Shown here: positions 1 through 9,400 of the stretch, one piece after another
Layout: every line of letters starts with the position of its first letter
Position numbering within the stretch: the first letter of the stretch is position 1
Notes under the pieces: model-generated
Told to the model about the DNA's origin: nothing
The model's input: only the letters and a program-made list of their open reading frames with translations
Databases searched by the model: none
Position numbers and translations under genes: made by a program
Source: a virus
Virus record (IMG/VR): IMGVR_UViG_3300023215_000707
Span: 1,150-65,149 of that record
Strand: one strand, 5' to 3'
Length of the DNA stretch: 64,000 nt

Positions 1-135
1 TCATTCCCCGGCGGAGGGCCGGGACCACCCCCGCCCCCGCCCGCAAATGCAACGTATAGAGTGGTTTGCACTGTTTCGGATAGTGCTGGTGGAAGTGTAA
101 CTGCACAAGATGATTTTATAGTAATTATTATGTGA
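1..135 (+). CDS. 3' end of a probable virion/tail fibre protein (Pro-rich linker plus Ig/PKD-like strands); partial
   Basis: Frame 1 reads SFPGGGPGPPPPPPANATYRVVCTVSDSAGGSVTAQDDFIVIIM*; converges on the terminator at 266-299. Confidence 0.45.
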   Translation, partial: SFPGGGPGPPPPPPANATYRVVCTVSDSAGGSVTAQDDFIVIIM

Positions 136-265
136 AATATCTTCCACCTTGGAACAATATAGAACTTGGAATAAGTAATGTGAAAAATCTAGTCAGTTTA
201 AATCGAATCACTTATAAAGCAATATAAATTGGGGAATAATTATCTACCCCAATAGAAAATAAAAT

Positions 266-299
266 AAAAAAAAGGGAGCAGGGCCGAAGCCCCGCCCCC
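266..299 (-). terminator. Intrinsic terminator closing the minus-strand replication operon
   Basis: Minus strand GGGGGCGGGGC-TTCG-GCCCTGCTCCC then T8; G.U pairs and C(UUCG)G loop; directly after the last minus-strand stop. Confidence 0.8.
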
Positions 300-431
300 T
301 CATTTCCACAAATAACCACATTTGGAACATTCCCAAATTTTGATTATGTTATTAGACCCGATGTAATGGCCTTTAATCCTCTTAGGAATAACATTCCTAG
401 AGCATTCTTTACATTTACGCTTTAACGCCAT
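300..431 (-). CDS. Small zinc-ribbon protein (43 aa)
   Basis: Hand-translated MALKRKCKECSRNVIPKRIKGHYIGSNNIIKIWECSKCGYLWK; two CxxC. Confidence 0.65.
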   Translation of the reverse strand: MALKRKCKECSRNVIPKRIKGHYIGSNNIIKIWECSKCGYLWK

Positions 432-432
432 C

Positions 433-591
433 TTAACTCTTTTTAGGAACATCATCTTTTACTAAATTATTAATATATTCTTCAACTGAATCTTCATTTA
501 CAGATGCTCCGCCAAATGCGGCGAAAAACAATATACTAATAACAATAAAAAATACAAACCATAAAAATACTTCACCAGTAGTTAATACCAT
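433..591 (-). CDS. Small membrane protein (52 aa)
   Basis: Hand-translated MVLTTGEVFLWFVFFIVISILFFAAFGG...; one TM helix; abuts the exonuclease stop. Confidence 0.6.
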   Translation of the reverse strand: MVLTTGEVFLWFVFFIVISILFFAAFGGASVNEDSVEEYINNLVKDDVPKKS

Positions 592-1190
592 TACCAATTC
601 ACCTCTACTTCTATTTCTTTTTCTTCTGCCATATTAAACACTTTTATTATATTATTATCTTTACCATATTTCCATAATTCATATACTAATTGTGAATCTT
701 TCAAACAATAATCCACAACTATATCATATTCTCCCTGCTTCCATAACCTCGGAGCATCCATACTGTTAAGAGTTTTTTGCTTGCCTAATGTGTGGTCCAC
801 TAGATTATTCAAGGCATACCTATCGCCGTAATTTTCAACAAAATATTTACTAGTATCAATATATTGCTTATTAGTGATGTATTTACGAATACAATAAATA
901 TCCATAGCATCTCGTAAAACTGGTAAATCAAACGCTACAATGTTATGTCCTAAGAGAATGCCCCCCTTTTGGAAATGGTCGTCTAAATCAAATTTTAATT
1001 CTCTTAATGGTTTAGTTTGAATGCCGGATTTAGCGAATGTATCGGAAACTGGTTCATCAACATAAACTGTTCCAGTATCTCCATTCCATGTAGTAACTGT
1101 TGAAACTAGAAACATATGGGTGTTGCCCCAACCCCCAATATCTGTTGAAAGGTTTTTTGTTTCCAAATCAATAGCCATAACATTATTCAT
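591..1190 (-). CDS. DEDD-family (DnaQ/RNase H-like) 3'-5' exonuclease
   Basis: ExoI AIDLET, ExoII GHNIVAFD, ExoIII YCLKD. Confidence 0.85.
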   Translation of the reverse strand: MNNVMAIDLETKNLSTDIGGWGNTHMFLVSTVTTWNGDTGTVYVDEPVSDTFAKSGIQTKPLRELKFDLDDHFQKGGILLGHNIVAFDLPVLRDAMDIYCIRKYITNKQYIDTSKYFVENYGDRYALNNLVDHTLGKQKTLNSMDAPRLWKQGEYDIVVDYCLKDSQLVYELWKYGKDNNIIKVFNMAEEKEIEVEVNW

Positions 1191-1422
1191 TTTTGCCGCC
1201 GCTCCATAATTTTAACACTTCATCTTCTTTTTCTTGTTCCGGCGAAGGTTCATCAATAGACTCACACTTCTTTAGAAAGGCGCATAATTTATTACCTGCT
1301 ACACTAACTATGGCGGCTACTTCCCAACCTTCATTGCCTTCTGTATTTAAAGCATCAATCATGGTTTTTGGGCCATCTTGCACATCGAATACTACATATT
1401 TATTTTCCCATATTGCTTTCAT
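1183..1422 (-). CDS. DUF4177-like protein
   Basis: WENKYV...DALNTEGNEGWEVAAI pattern. Confidence 0.6.
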   Translation of the reverse strand: MKAIWENKYVVFDVQDGPKTMIDALNTEGNEGWEVAAIVSVAGNKLCAFLKKCESIDEPSPEQEKEDEVLKLWSGGKNE

Positions 1423-1424
1423 TA

Positions 1425-3170
1425 TTATTCCTCATTTTCTTCTTTTAATCTTACATAGTTATATTTGCCATTTCTTAGTTCTTCAAAATATTCATTTGAT
1501 ATTGCGTTATATTTAGCGTAGGTAGTTACATTAGATACTTTTAATATACTTTCTGCCTCTTCTATGAATAATTTTTTCCAAACATATCCACCTTCTATTT
1601 TTTCATGAGGTTTAGCACTGTTTTTAGAGTTTGCTAACGCTAGTTTGAACTGGGCCATATTATTCTTCTGTTCTACTGCTGTTCTACTTTGCTTAAAAGA
1701 TTTTTCTAACCATTCCACTAAAGCCTCATAACATTGTTTTACTACTTTTTCTCCTTGTTTAACATTTATTTCGGAAACAATGAACCTTTTATCGGGGTTA
1801 GGTTCTCTATTAGATTCAGTTATGCAATTTAACACCGCTAATTTAGCAATGTATTCTATTAGATTCATTTCAAATAACCTAATAATTTTTCTAAAATAAG
1901 GGTCAAGTTCTTTAATATAATCAAGTATTTTAGTGTGTGCTGAATCTAACGCTTCGTTAGAAGATTTGGTATAAGACACTGTTTGTAATCTATCTTTTCC
2001 AACCGATTCATATTTAGTTTTTGTTAAATTAAATATTTCTATTATTTCTTTTTTAAGGAATAATGGTGGGCCTTTTTGTTCCGAAATTATTCCAAATTTA
2101 CTAATTACTTTTTTACGCATATCTGTAAGTATTTTATCAGGAACATCCCATATATAGGGGAGAAACCTTTGAATTACACCTTTTGTTGTTACAGTGTGTC
2201 TTAATTTTTCTGGAATAAAAGTAGCCGCTAGTATAGTAAATTTAGAATCTAGAGCAATAATAGGTTTTCCTGTAAGAATTTTTTCATAAACATTAGCACC
2301 AATATGAAAGTTATTCATAATATGTTGAAAAACAACAGTCATTCCTTCTTTATGTTGTCTCTCTTTAAATACACCGCTATTTTCAAATTCATCTGCAAAC
2401 CAAAAACCTTCACCATGAATGGGTCCAAAATGTATTAACCACGGTTCTTTATTACGTTCTCTTTTTAAACGATTTTGTCTAAGTTCTTCATCTCTCATAC
2501 TTTCTGCTTTAGTTCTTGTTTCCTCATTTCCCCTAGTTATATCCTGTGCGTATTTATTGCGAGTAGTATTATTATCATCTACAAATATTCTATTTAATTC
2601 ATCTTCATCATCAGTATAATTTTGATTTTCCGTATGTGAGCCAATGAGGGATGCTGTGGTGTAATCTGTTAATTTACAAACTTTTCCAGCAACTAATTTT
2701 TTACCATCGTTATCCTCAATATCTCCTAAATCTTTATAAATTTCTTCCATTAATGGTAATAAAACATATTTAATCAAAGTGGTTTTTCCACTTCTTGCTG
2801 TTTGAATATTTAATAAATGAACCCTTGTATCAATAGTAGTTGGTCCAAATGGAATTTCTACCATATGTTTGACTAAATCTCCTAAAATAGAATAATAACC
2901 AATAGTTGCAGGAACATCATTATAACGAGAATAGGTGCAACATACCTTTTTAAATTTTAAAACGGTTTCTGGTAATTTTTTATCTCTTTGTTGTTTTTTA
3001 GAAATTTCATCTTCTAAATGAATCCTTGTATCAATATTTTCTGTTATTTCTTCTGCCTTTCTTAAGAAATCTTCAACTTCTTTATCAAATTCCCCAATTT
3101 CTTCATTATCATTTTCCAATACCTTACCAGTATTTAATTTATAAGGGTCTTGAGTTTCTTCATTATTCAT
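1425..3170 (-). CDS. MCM-like AAA+ replicative helicase
   Basis: Walker A TARSGKTT, Walker B FADEF, sensor-1 AATF, Arg finger IQRF; adjacent to primase. Confidence 0.65.
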   Translation of the reverse strand: MNNEETQDPYKLNTGKVLENDNEEIGEFDKEVEDFLRKAEEITENIDTRIHLEDEISKKQQRDKKLPETVLKFKKVCCTYSRYNDVPATIGYYSILGDLVKHMVEIPFGPTTIDTRVHLLNIQTARSGKTTLIKYVLLPLMEEIYKDLGDIEDNDGKKLVAGKVCKLTDYTTASLIGSHTENQNYTDDEDELNRIFVDDNNTTRNKYAQDITRGNEETRTKAESMRDEELRQNRLKRERNKEPWLIHFGPIHGEGFWFADEFENSGVFKERQHKEGMTVVFQHIMNNFHIGANVYEKILTGKPIIALDSKFTILAATFIPEKLRHTVTTKGVIQRFLPYIWDVPDKILTDMRKKVISKFGIISEQKGPPLFLKKEIIEIFNLTKTKYESVGKDRLQTVSYTKSSNEALDSAHTKILDYIKELDPYFRKIIRLFEMNLIEYIAKLAVLNCITESNREPNPDKRFIVSEINVKQGEKVVKQCYEALVEWLEKSFKQSRTAVEQKNNMAQFKLALANSKNSAKPHEKIEGGYVWKKLFIEEAESILKVSNVTTYAKYNAISNEYFEELRNGKYNYVRLKEENEE

Positions 3171-3824
3171 TGCATCACCTTCTTTTCGGAATTAAAAATA
3201 TCTAAAATTCTACCTGCGGTAGTATTACCAATCCCATCCGATTTACATAACTCATTAGAATTACTATCTCCTATTTCCATTAGACTTCCATGTTCTTTCA
3301 ATAAGGATCAACATATCCACTCTTATATCATCAGTAGTTATTCGCTTAAATAGTTGAGGCTTAATAACAGGTCGGTCTATTGGTTGCATCTTTGCAACAC
3401 TACAAATTATTGAAGAAGCATTAGATTCAGTTAAAACCCAAATGGGTTTTATATCTGTATCTAAGGCAATTCTCCCAATACCCCCATAGAATTTATTGGT
3501 AAGTAATTGTATCTTACGTTTAATAGGTAGTTTATTTTTAGGAGAGTATTTAATATATTTAAAGGCGTCATTTAAAGTTCCATAAATAATAACAATGTTG
3601 GTTTTAAAACATCTATCCATATTATCTAATTGAGTCCAAAGCCTTTTAGAAATGATAGAGGATAAAAAATCATGAGTTGATTTGGCTTCAAAACAAACAT
3701 CACCTATTATGTAATCCCCAACCTCAATCCATTCTTTAGAATATGAGATATTCATTTTCTTACATTTTTTTATCACTAAATCTGTAAGGGTAGATTTCTC
3801 TCGACTATCAATAATTAAAGACAT
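3167..3824 (-). pseudogene. ERCC4/XPF-family nuclease with frameshifted (HhH)2 tail
   Basis: IDSRE and GDY..FEAKS..DF motifs; the tail SLLKEHGSLMEIG...DGIGNTTAGRI is in another frame (3307-3167) whose stop overlaps the helicase ATG. Confidence 0.8.
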
Positions 3825-3915
3825 GATTATCTCCCCCTAAGTTTTTGAATTATAGAATCCCATGTTATTAGTAATACCATAAACCATACCAATAATACTT
3901 CTTTTACTTTTCCCA

Positions 3916-4995
3916 TTATTTCAATCTCCAACATTTGCCTATACAATACCCATCGGATATTAATTTATTACAATTGGGGAAACTATAATTCCCATCTATT
4001 ATATATTTGGTGCGAAATTCAGTTACATCTTCTTTGAAATCCAACCATACATCATGAGTTTCATGTAGGTATTTTATTTCTGCAACGATTTGTTTCACGA
4101 TTTGTTGTCTGGTTTCTACATCGGGGATTATTTTAATGGCAGTGAAAGGCACATTCAAATCACACCATAATAATAAATCTCTATACCAACTAACCAAATA
4201 CATTCGGGCAATATCCGTGGGGTTTTCCACCATAACTGCACTGTGCATACAAGGGGGGATTGGTAATTTGCCCACTTTTATTACATCAACTTCTACATTT
4301 GATTCTTCAATTGGTAGAACTTCCGGCCATTTAACCAAAGTATTACCCCTTATAGTAACAGGTATATTGTTAGGTTTCTTAGCCAATTCCATTATTTGTT
4401 CAGCAGTAAGATTAGAAGACTCTTCAAAATCTAAGGGAATACAATAATAGCACCCATTTTCATAAGCCGCTTTCATATTCATTGTATTGCGAATACGTCT
4501 TAGTCTTCGACTAGAAATAGCGGAACTATCTAGAGTTCCATTTATTGTTAGTTCTTTAACTTCATTAAAAAAGGCAGTTAATCTACGAATATTTCTTGTT
4601 GGTTCTCCATAAACATATACATGAAATCCCCTACCAGAAAAAGACATATCAAATTTATAACCATGATATATTAAATAATGTATAACTGCATCTAAATCAT
4701 CTAAACAATCTTTAATTTGTTGTGCCTTAATCATTTGCGCCCCAGTGTTTTTATCCACTTCTCCATGATGGGCGTCAAAATCTAAGAATATCCTATCAAG
4801 AATAACAGTTGAAGTTACGGCTTGTTTATCGGTGTATTGTTCATAATCATAAACAGAAGTGAAACAATTCATTTTACCATTATAGAGTCTAACAAAATCA
4901 TTAAATTCTTCTTGGTTATGAACTAATTTTCTTTTACTGGCGAAAGTGGTAGTTTGTTTATTAGCACTCGGCCAAACTTCTCTAGGAAATTTCAT
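3916..4995 (-). CDS. priS: Archaeo-eukaryotic primase, PriS domain fused to PriL C-terminal Fe-S domain
   Basis: FLDFDAH, FSGRGFHVY, R..RI.NT motifs; C-terminal PPCM...PNC...YC..KC. Confidence 0.85.
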   Translation of the reverse strand: MKFPREVWPSANKQTTTFASKRKLVHNQEEFNDFVRLYNGKMNCFTSVYDYEQYTDKQAVTSTVILDRIFLDFDAHHGEVDKNTGAQMIKAQQIKDCLDDLDAVIHYLIYHGYKFDMSFSGRGFHVYVYGEPTRNIRRLTAFFNEVKELTINGTLDSSAISSRRLRRIRNTMNMKAAYENGCYYCIPLDFEESSNLTAEQIMELAKKPNNIPVTIRGNTLVKWPEVLPIEESNVEVDVIKVGKLPIPPCMHSAVMVENPTDIARMYLVSWYRDLLLWCDLNVPFTAIKIIPDVETRQQIVKQIVAEIKYLHETHDVWLDFKEDVTEFRTKYIIDGNYSFPNCNKLISDGYCIGKCWRLK

Positions 4996-5198
4996 TTCAA
5001 TAACACCATACCTACTACAATAATAGTCATAATATTAACAATATTAACCATCATAATTATTCTATTACTGAACTTAAGAGTATCGTGTATCTTTTCCATA
5101 ATTTCGGTCAATTTATTTTGACCCTCTAACAATTCATCAAAGACCATCAAAAATCCTCTCCACTTTAACATCTCCGGCTCTTGTTGAAACTTTACCAT
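4992..5198 (-). CDS. Small protein with C-terminal TM helix
   Basis: Hydrophobic C-terminus; overlaps the primase start. Confidence 0.55.
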   Translation of the reverse strand: MVKFQQEPEMLKWRGFLMVFDELLEGQNKLTEIMEKIHDTLKFSNRIIMMVNIVNIMTIIVVGMVLLK

Positions 5199-5643
5199 CT
5201 TTTTCTTCTAAAGAGGGTTCTTCCAATACATCTTTACCTTTAATTAAATCTTTCATTATATCTTTACCTACTGCCATTTCTAGTTTAGAACCTTGTAGAG
5301 AGTCTTTGGGTTTTTCTATTAAAGATGCAGGTTTTTCTGCTGGAATTGAAAGTGTGGGCTTTCCCGCAAAATTAACTGTTGCTGATTCAAACTTCTTTTT
5401 AAAGACCACCATTACTTCTTCTTCTAATTGTTGCATAACTAAAATGTTGAATAATGAACCAAACGAATGTTCCCAAGTTTCTAATTCAGGAATTTGTTTT
5501 TCCCATATCATTTCTAGTTGAGATTCTAAATCTAATTCATGGTAAAGTTCTTCTGCAACTTGTTTAGAAACATCAGGCAATTTCAACAATTCATGGAATT
5601 TCCAATCTTTACTATCTATTTTTTCTTGTATTTTATCTTTCAT
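5137..5643 (-). CDS. Hypothetical protein
   Basis: In-operon ORF, acidic. Confidence 0.6.
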   Translation of the reverse strand: MKDKIQEKIDSKDWKFHELLKLPDVSKQVAEELYHELDLESQLEMIWEKQIPELETWEHSFGSLFNILVMQQLEEEVMVVFKKKFESATVNFAGKPTLSIPAEKPASLIEKPKDSLQGSKLEMAVGKDIMKDLIKGKDVLEEPSLEEKDGKVSTRAGDVKVERIFDGL

Positions 5644-5681
5644 ATATCTTTTTCCCCCCCCATTTTTTCTTATCCATTATT

Positions 5682-6524
5682 TCACCATTCCCACATTCCG
5701 GCGTTTTGTGCAGTATCACAAATTCCAATGAAAGAACAATACTGGCATTTATTATAATAATATTCAGCAGGGAATAAATTTTGTTCATAAGAATATATTA
5801 TTGTTGCAATCCTTTTAACTACATCATTTTCATTTCTAGTCTTTACCTTTTCTACATGGAAATAATTTGCGGCAGGGAAATACCAACCCCAATGAGTCAC
5901 AGGGGAAAGTTCACAATCAGGGTCATTATCCATTAAAATTTTATAGAAAGCCATTTCCTTTCGCATCCCTGTTGCCTTGCGTGGTTTCCAAACACCTGTT
6001 TTAAATTCAACAGGTATGTAACCATCCCCTTCAAGGAAAATTCTATCAATAATACCCTGTAAATGCACAACATAATTTCTAGATAATTCAAATTTAGGGT
6101 TAGCATCTTTAGGGATAATCACTTGAGCATTACATTTTAATTCATTACCAACAGGGAGAAAATCTCCTATTGAATCTTTAGAAGCAAGAAATCTTTCGGC
6201 TTCAAATGTAGCCATTGTTTGATACATTTCTCCATAATCATCTATTGGAAATAACCCCATACAATATTCATATAATGGTTGTTGTGATAACCCTTCTGCT
6301 TTTTTAATATCAAAATTATTATAAAAATGTTCATAAGAATTGTGAATTACTGTTCCCTTTATCATGGCAGGATTAGGTTCTGTTTTTCTACGTTCAATAT
6401 AACTAAATTCATATTGCTTTCTACAAAATTCAAACGTATTCAATGATGATTTCGTAATCTTTAATATGGGCATTGAAGGGTCACTAGCCCATTCATGATT
6501 CCATTGATATGTGTATTCGCTCAT
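5682..6524 (-). CDS. Cas4-like PD-(D/E)xK exonuclease (solo)
   Basis: KSS..TFEFC.KQY, GIIDR..VEFKTG, C-terminal CQYCSFIGIC Fe-S motif; start MSEYT at 6524 overlaps the upstream stop. Confidence 0.85.
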   Translation of the reverse strand: MSEYTYQWNHEWASDPSMPILKITKSSLNTFEFCRKQYEFSYIERRKTEPNPAMIKGTVIHNSYEHFYNNFDIKKAEGLSQQPLYEYCMGLFPIDDYGEMYQTMATFEAERFLASKDSIGDFLPVGNELKCNAQVIIPKDANPKFELSRNYVVHLQGIIDRIFLEGDGYIPVEFKTGVWKPRKATGMRKEMAFYKILMDNDPDCELSPVTHWGWYFPAANYFHVEKVKTRNENDVVKRIATIIYSYEQNLFPAEYYYNKCQYCSFIGICDTAQNAGMWEW

Positions 6525-6691
6525 TTTAATCCCTCTTTCCAATTATTTATCATTTCATCTAACCCTACCATAAAATCAACTATATGATTTTGAATTTTTT
6601 CTATTTCTTTTAATTTCAAAGTCAAAGAATTAATTTTAGATTCTAAATTTTGTAAATGTCTTTTATCAGTTGGTGCTTTTTTCCAAAACAT
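6521..6691 (-). CDS. Small coiled-coil protein (56 aa)
   Basis: Hand-translated MFWKKAPTDKRHLQNLESKINSL...; fills the gap exactly with overlapping start/stop. Confidence 0.6.
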   Translation of the reverse strand: MFWKKAPTDKRHLQNLESKINSLTLKLKEIEKIQNHIVDFMVGLDEMINNWKEGLK

Positions 6692-7611
6692 TAAAACCAC
6701 TCCTTCAATAATTTTTGTTTATCGTCAATTTTACACTTAGATATATCCCAATTCATTGCATCAAAGACTGGCTTTACCTTTTTTATTACTTCGGATTCTG
6801 CTAAGAAAACCCAATCTGGATTAAAATTATCTAATTCGGGCAGAAGCCTTACACCAATATACGATGCTGGTTTTCTTTTCCCGTTCCAATCTGTATATGT
6901 TTCACCATTTAATTTACACTTTAAGTAATAAAATGAATCTGTTAATTTATTGTCGGGATTAATATGTTCATCATAATAAAATTGACCAGCACTACCCCCA
7001 CCAAAAACAGGGTTTTTACCTTCTAAGGTTTTACATTTATTCAATCTAGCATTGCACCTTTCATTTTCACATGATGAATCTGGAATAAGATTGAGAAGCC
7101 TTTTCAAGTAATCCACTTTATATTTTTTCCGACACCTAGAACATTGTAATTCTAATCTATGGGCTTGTATTCTTTTTCTTTTAACTAAATCTTCTTTAGA
7201 TATTTCTTTATCAAGAACAGCATTATACTTTGATTTAACATAAGAAACTATTTCTTCTTCTGTTTTTTGATTAATCCACATTTCTATTGTTTTCTTCTGA
7301 ACTTCTTTACCAGTATTAGATTCTGCAATTCTTTTCAATGAAAAACCAGTGCAGACAAATTCTGGTTCACTAAGATAGATACCATCTTTCCAAATGATAT
7401 ATCCTGCATTTTTATTTTTAGTAGTGCCTACCCCTAATACTGAATAGTATTTTTCAAATTCTAATTCTATTGGGTGAATATCTAAACCCATAACATTTGG
7501 AAAAACATTTTCTTGAATGTGGTTGTTTAATATATCTTTAATTTCTTCGGCCTTTTCAACAGAAGGTATGGGAATATAAAGAGAATCGGTATGAGCATAA
7601 ACTATTTTCAT
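6691..7611 (-). CDS. polB: Family B DNA polymerase, C-terminal subunit (motif C, palm/thumb)
   Basis: YAHTDSLYI (motif C variant), LEFEKYY, K..Y.G, PEF..TGF; own GGTGA RBS. Confidence 0.9.
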   Translation of the reverse strand: MKIVYAHTDSLYIPIPSVEKAEEIKDILNNHIQENVFPNVMGLDIHPIELEFEKYYSVLGVGTTKNKNAGYIIWKDGIYLSEPEFVCTGFSLKRIAESNTGKEVQKKTIEMWINQKTEEEIVSYVKSKYNAVLDKEISKEDLVKRKRIQAHRLELQCSRCRKKYKVDYLKRLLNLIPDSSCENERCNARLNKCKTLEGKNPVFGGGSAGQFYYDEHINPDNKLTDSFYYLKCKLNGETYTDWNGKRKPASYIGVRLLPELDNFNPDWVFLAESEVIKKVKPVFDAMNWDISKCKIDDKQKLLKEWF

Positions 7612-7615
7612 TAAA

Positions 7616-7747
7616 TCACCTATTCAAATATTTACTCAAAGGGCTAAATGAAATACTATTAACTCTATTAATGGTTAAATCAATTGAAGATTCATCCAAT
7701 TGATTTAGAAGTGAGGCGCAATCTCCTTCATGGATAGTATTAATCAT
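7616..7747 (-). pseudogene. Relic of an N4/N6 DNA methyltransferase (43 aa, internal deletion)
   Basis: MINTIHEGDCASLLNQLDESSIDLTI matches the usual MTase N-terminus just before the (T/D)SPPY motif, then runs into NRVNSISFSPLSKYLNR*. Confidence 0.7.
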
Positions 7748-9399
7748 TCTAATTCCCTCGCCTTGAATGCTACTTCTCTAATGGCTTCTCTAGCACTAGC
7801 AGTAATACTAGCCGCCAAATCAATATCATACCAACCAAATCCTCGTAAAGCGGTTGCGCCATAGATTGATGCTAATAATCTTTTTACAGCCATTTGCATT
7901 GAGTTCCATTTAACATATTCTTTTCTATTATCATTTTGTAATGCTTCTAACATTTTAGATTTATATTCTGCTCTTAATGGTTTTAGTGTAAGAATCATAT
8001 TAGGTAGTAATCCTAATTTATCAGTCTTATAATATTTCCAATCATATTCGGTAACTTTAGAAAAATCTCTAGGCGTTTTAATGTTCACTTTCAGTTCAGT
8101 TTCACTTTCACTTTTAGTTTCAAATGAGATGTTCCGAGCCAAAATGCAACTAGGATAAAGAGATGCAAAATCTAACGCCGCTACACCAAGCCACAACCCA
8201 TTAGTTTTTTCATCTAATGGATTGTAAATCATTGCGCCATCATATTTTATTTTATCTCCATATTCTCCAGTTGGTGCTTTCCACCATGCGTTTCTCATGA
8301 AATATACGCTACCCATATGTGATACAAAAAAACAATCTTCAAAAGGGGCTTTAACTAATTTTTGAATTGCTAAAATTCCTTCACTAAGCCCCATCTCTTC
8401 ATCTATCTTATAGAGTAATTCAGCATCTTGAATACAATATTCTAAATAATTTGTAGTATCTTCAAGCCACGCCTTCATAAAAAATTCATTTCTATCTGTA
8501 AATTTAGATTCTTTCTTTTTACCTTCACCAACAGATACACTAGCGCAATATTCTAATGATTGACTAGGTAAAGTTCCCCGCTGAGAATCCATCCATTGAC
8601 GTTCAAAAGCCAAATCAAGATTAAGACAAATTCTTCCCTTGATAGGTTGGTCGATAGACCCATAACTAATATCACCTAATATCTTATGACCTACATTTTT
8701 AACTTCATTATATGGAGATAACTTTCTAGGATTTAGACCATTAGCATGAAGCCTTTCTATTAGTTTTGGAATATCGGATTGAAGCCCCCACCAAGCAATT
8801 AACATATCGGGGTCTTGTTCTTGCATATCCTTTACAAATGCTTCAAGCATTTCTTTTTCGGAATCAAATGCACCTGTGGAATTTAGAGCAATTATTTCAT
8901 CTTCAGGAAACCAAGTGTATAACTTACTTTCATTAGTATAATTATCATAAACAGCAATACAAGTAATAGCCTCTTCATGTTCATGTCCTTCGGGCAACCA
9001 TTCCATATCCCAATACCATTTACGCAATTCATATTCGGGAACTTTCTTTAATTCATCTACACAATAACGACGCAGAATAGGCACATCTCCTTCCCATGTT
9101 GCGGCAAATTTCTTCTTTGCTGAATACATATCCTTTGGGTTGGAATAAAAAACCTTAGTTAGAGATTGCCCTTTTAGATTAATCCATTTCCCTTTTTGAT
9201 ATTTGAAAAATCCAGTTTGTTTAACTGGTTTATGTCCTATCATTTTATGACTAGTTGCATAGGTATCTATTTGTGAATCTATTGCTCTAATAAAAAAATA
9301 GGGCTGAAAATTATTTATTATTTTTTCTTTACGTTCCCTATGCTCATCTCTCCATCTAATCTTAACAGACTTATCAGCATCAGTCCAACAAATAATCAT
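7744..9399 (-). CDS. polB: Family B DNA polymerase, N-terminal subunit (exonuclease, motifs A and B)
   Basis: ExoI WDMEW, ExoIII YCIQD, motif A DFASLYPS, motif B KRLLASIYG; ends before motif C. Confidence 0.92.
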   Translation of the reverse strand: MIICWTDADKSVKIRWRDEHRERKEKIINNFQPYFFIRAIDSQIDTYATSHKMIGHKPVKQTGFFKYQKGKWINLKGQSLTKVFYSNPKDMYSAKKKFAATWEGDVPILRRYCVDELKKVPEYELRKWYWDMEWLPEGHEHEEAITCIAVYDNYTNESKLYTWFPEDEIIALNSTGAFDSEKEMLEAFVKDMQEQDPDMLIAWWGLQSDIPKLIERLHANGLNPRKLSPYNEVKNVGHKILGDISYGSIDQPIKGRICLNLDLAFERQWMDSQRGTLPSQSLEYCASVSVGEGKKKESKFTDRNEFFMKAWLEDTTNYLEYCIQDAELLYKIDEEMGLSEGILAIQKLVKAPFEDCFFVSHMGSVYFMRNAWWKAPTGEYGDKIKYDGAMIYNPLDEKTNGLWLGVAALDFASLYPSCILARNISFETKSESETELKVNIKTPRDFSKVTEYDWKYYKTDKLGLLPNMILTLKPLRAEYKSKMLEALQNDNRKEYVKWNSMQMAVKRLLASIYGATALRGFGWYDIDLAASITASAREAIREVAFKARELE

Positions 9400-9400
9400 A

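Noticed and set aside
5682-6524. Cas4-like gene as part of a CRISPR-Cas system
   Set aside because: Solo gene in a replication operon, as is common in archaeal viruses.
7600-7760. Split intein or intron joining the PolB halves
   Set aside because: No Cys/Ser or His-Asn splice residues; the second half has its own RBS and ATG; the gap is an MTase relic.
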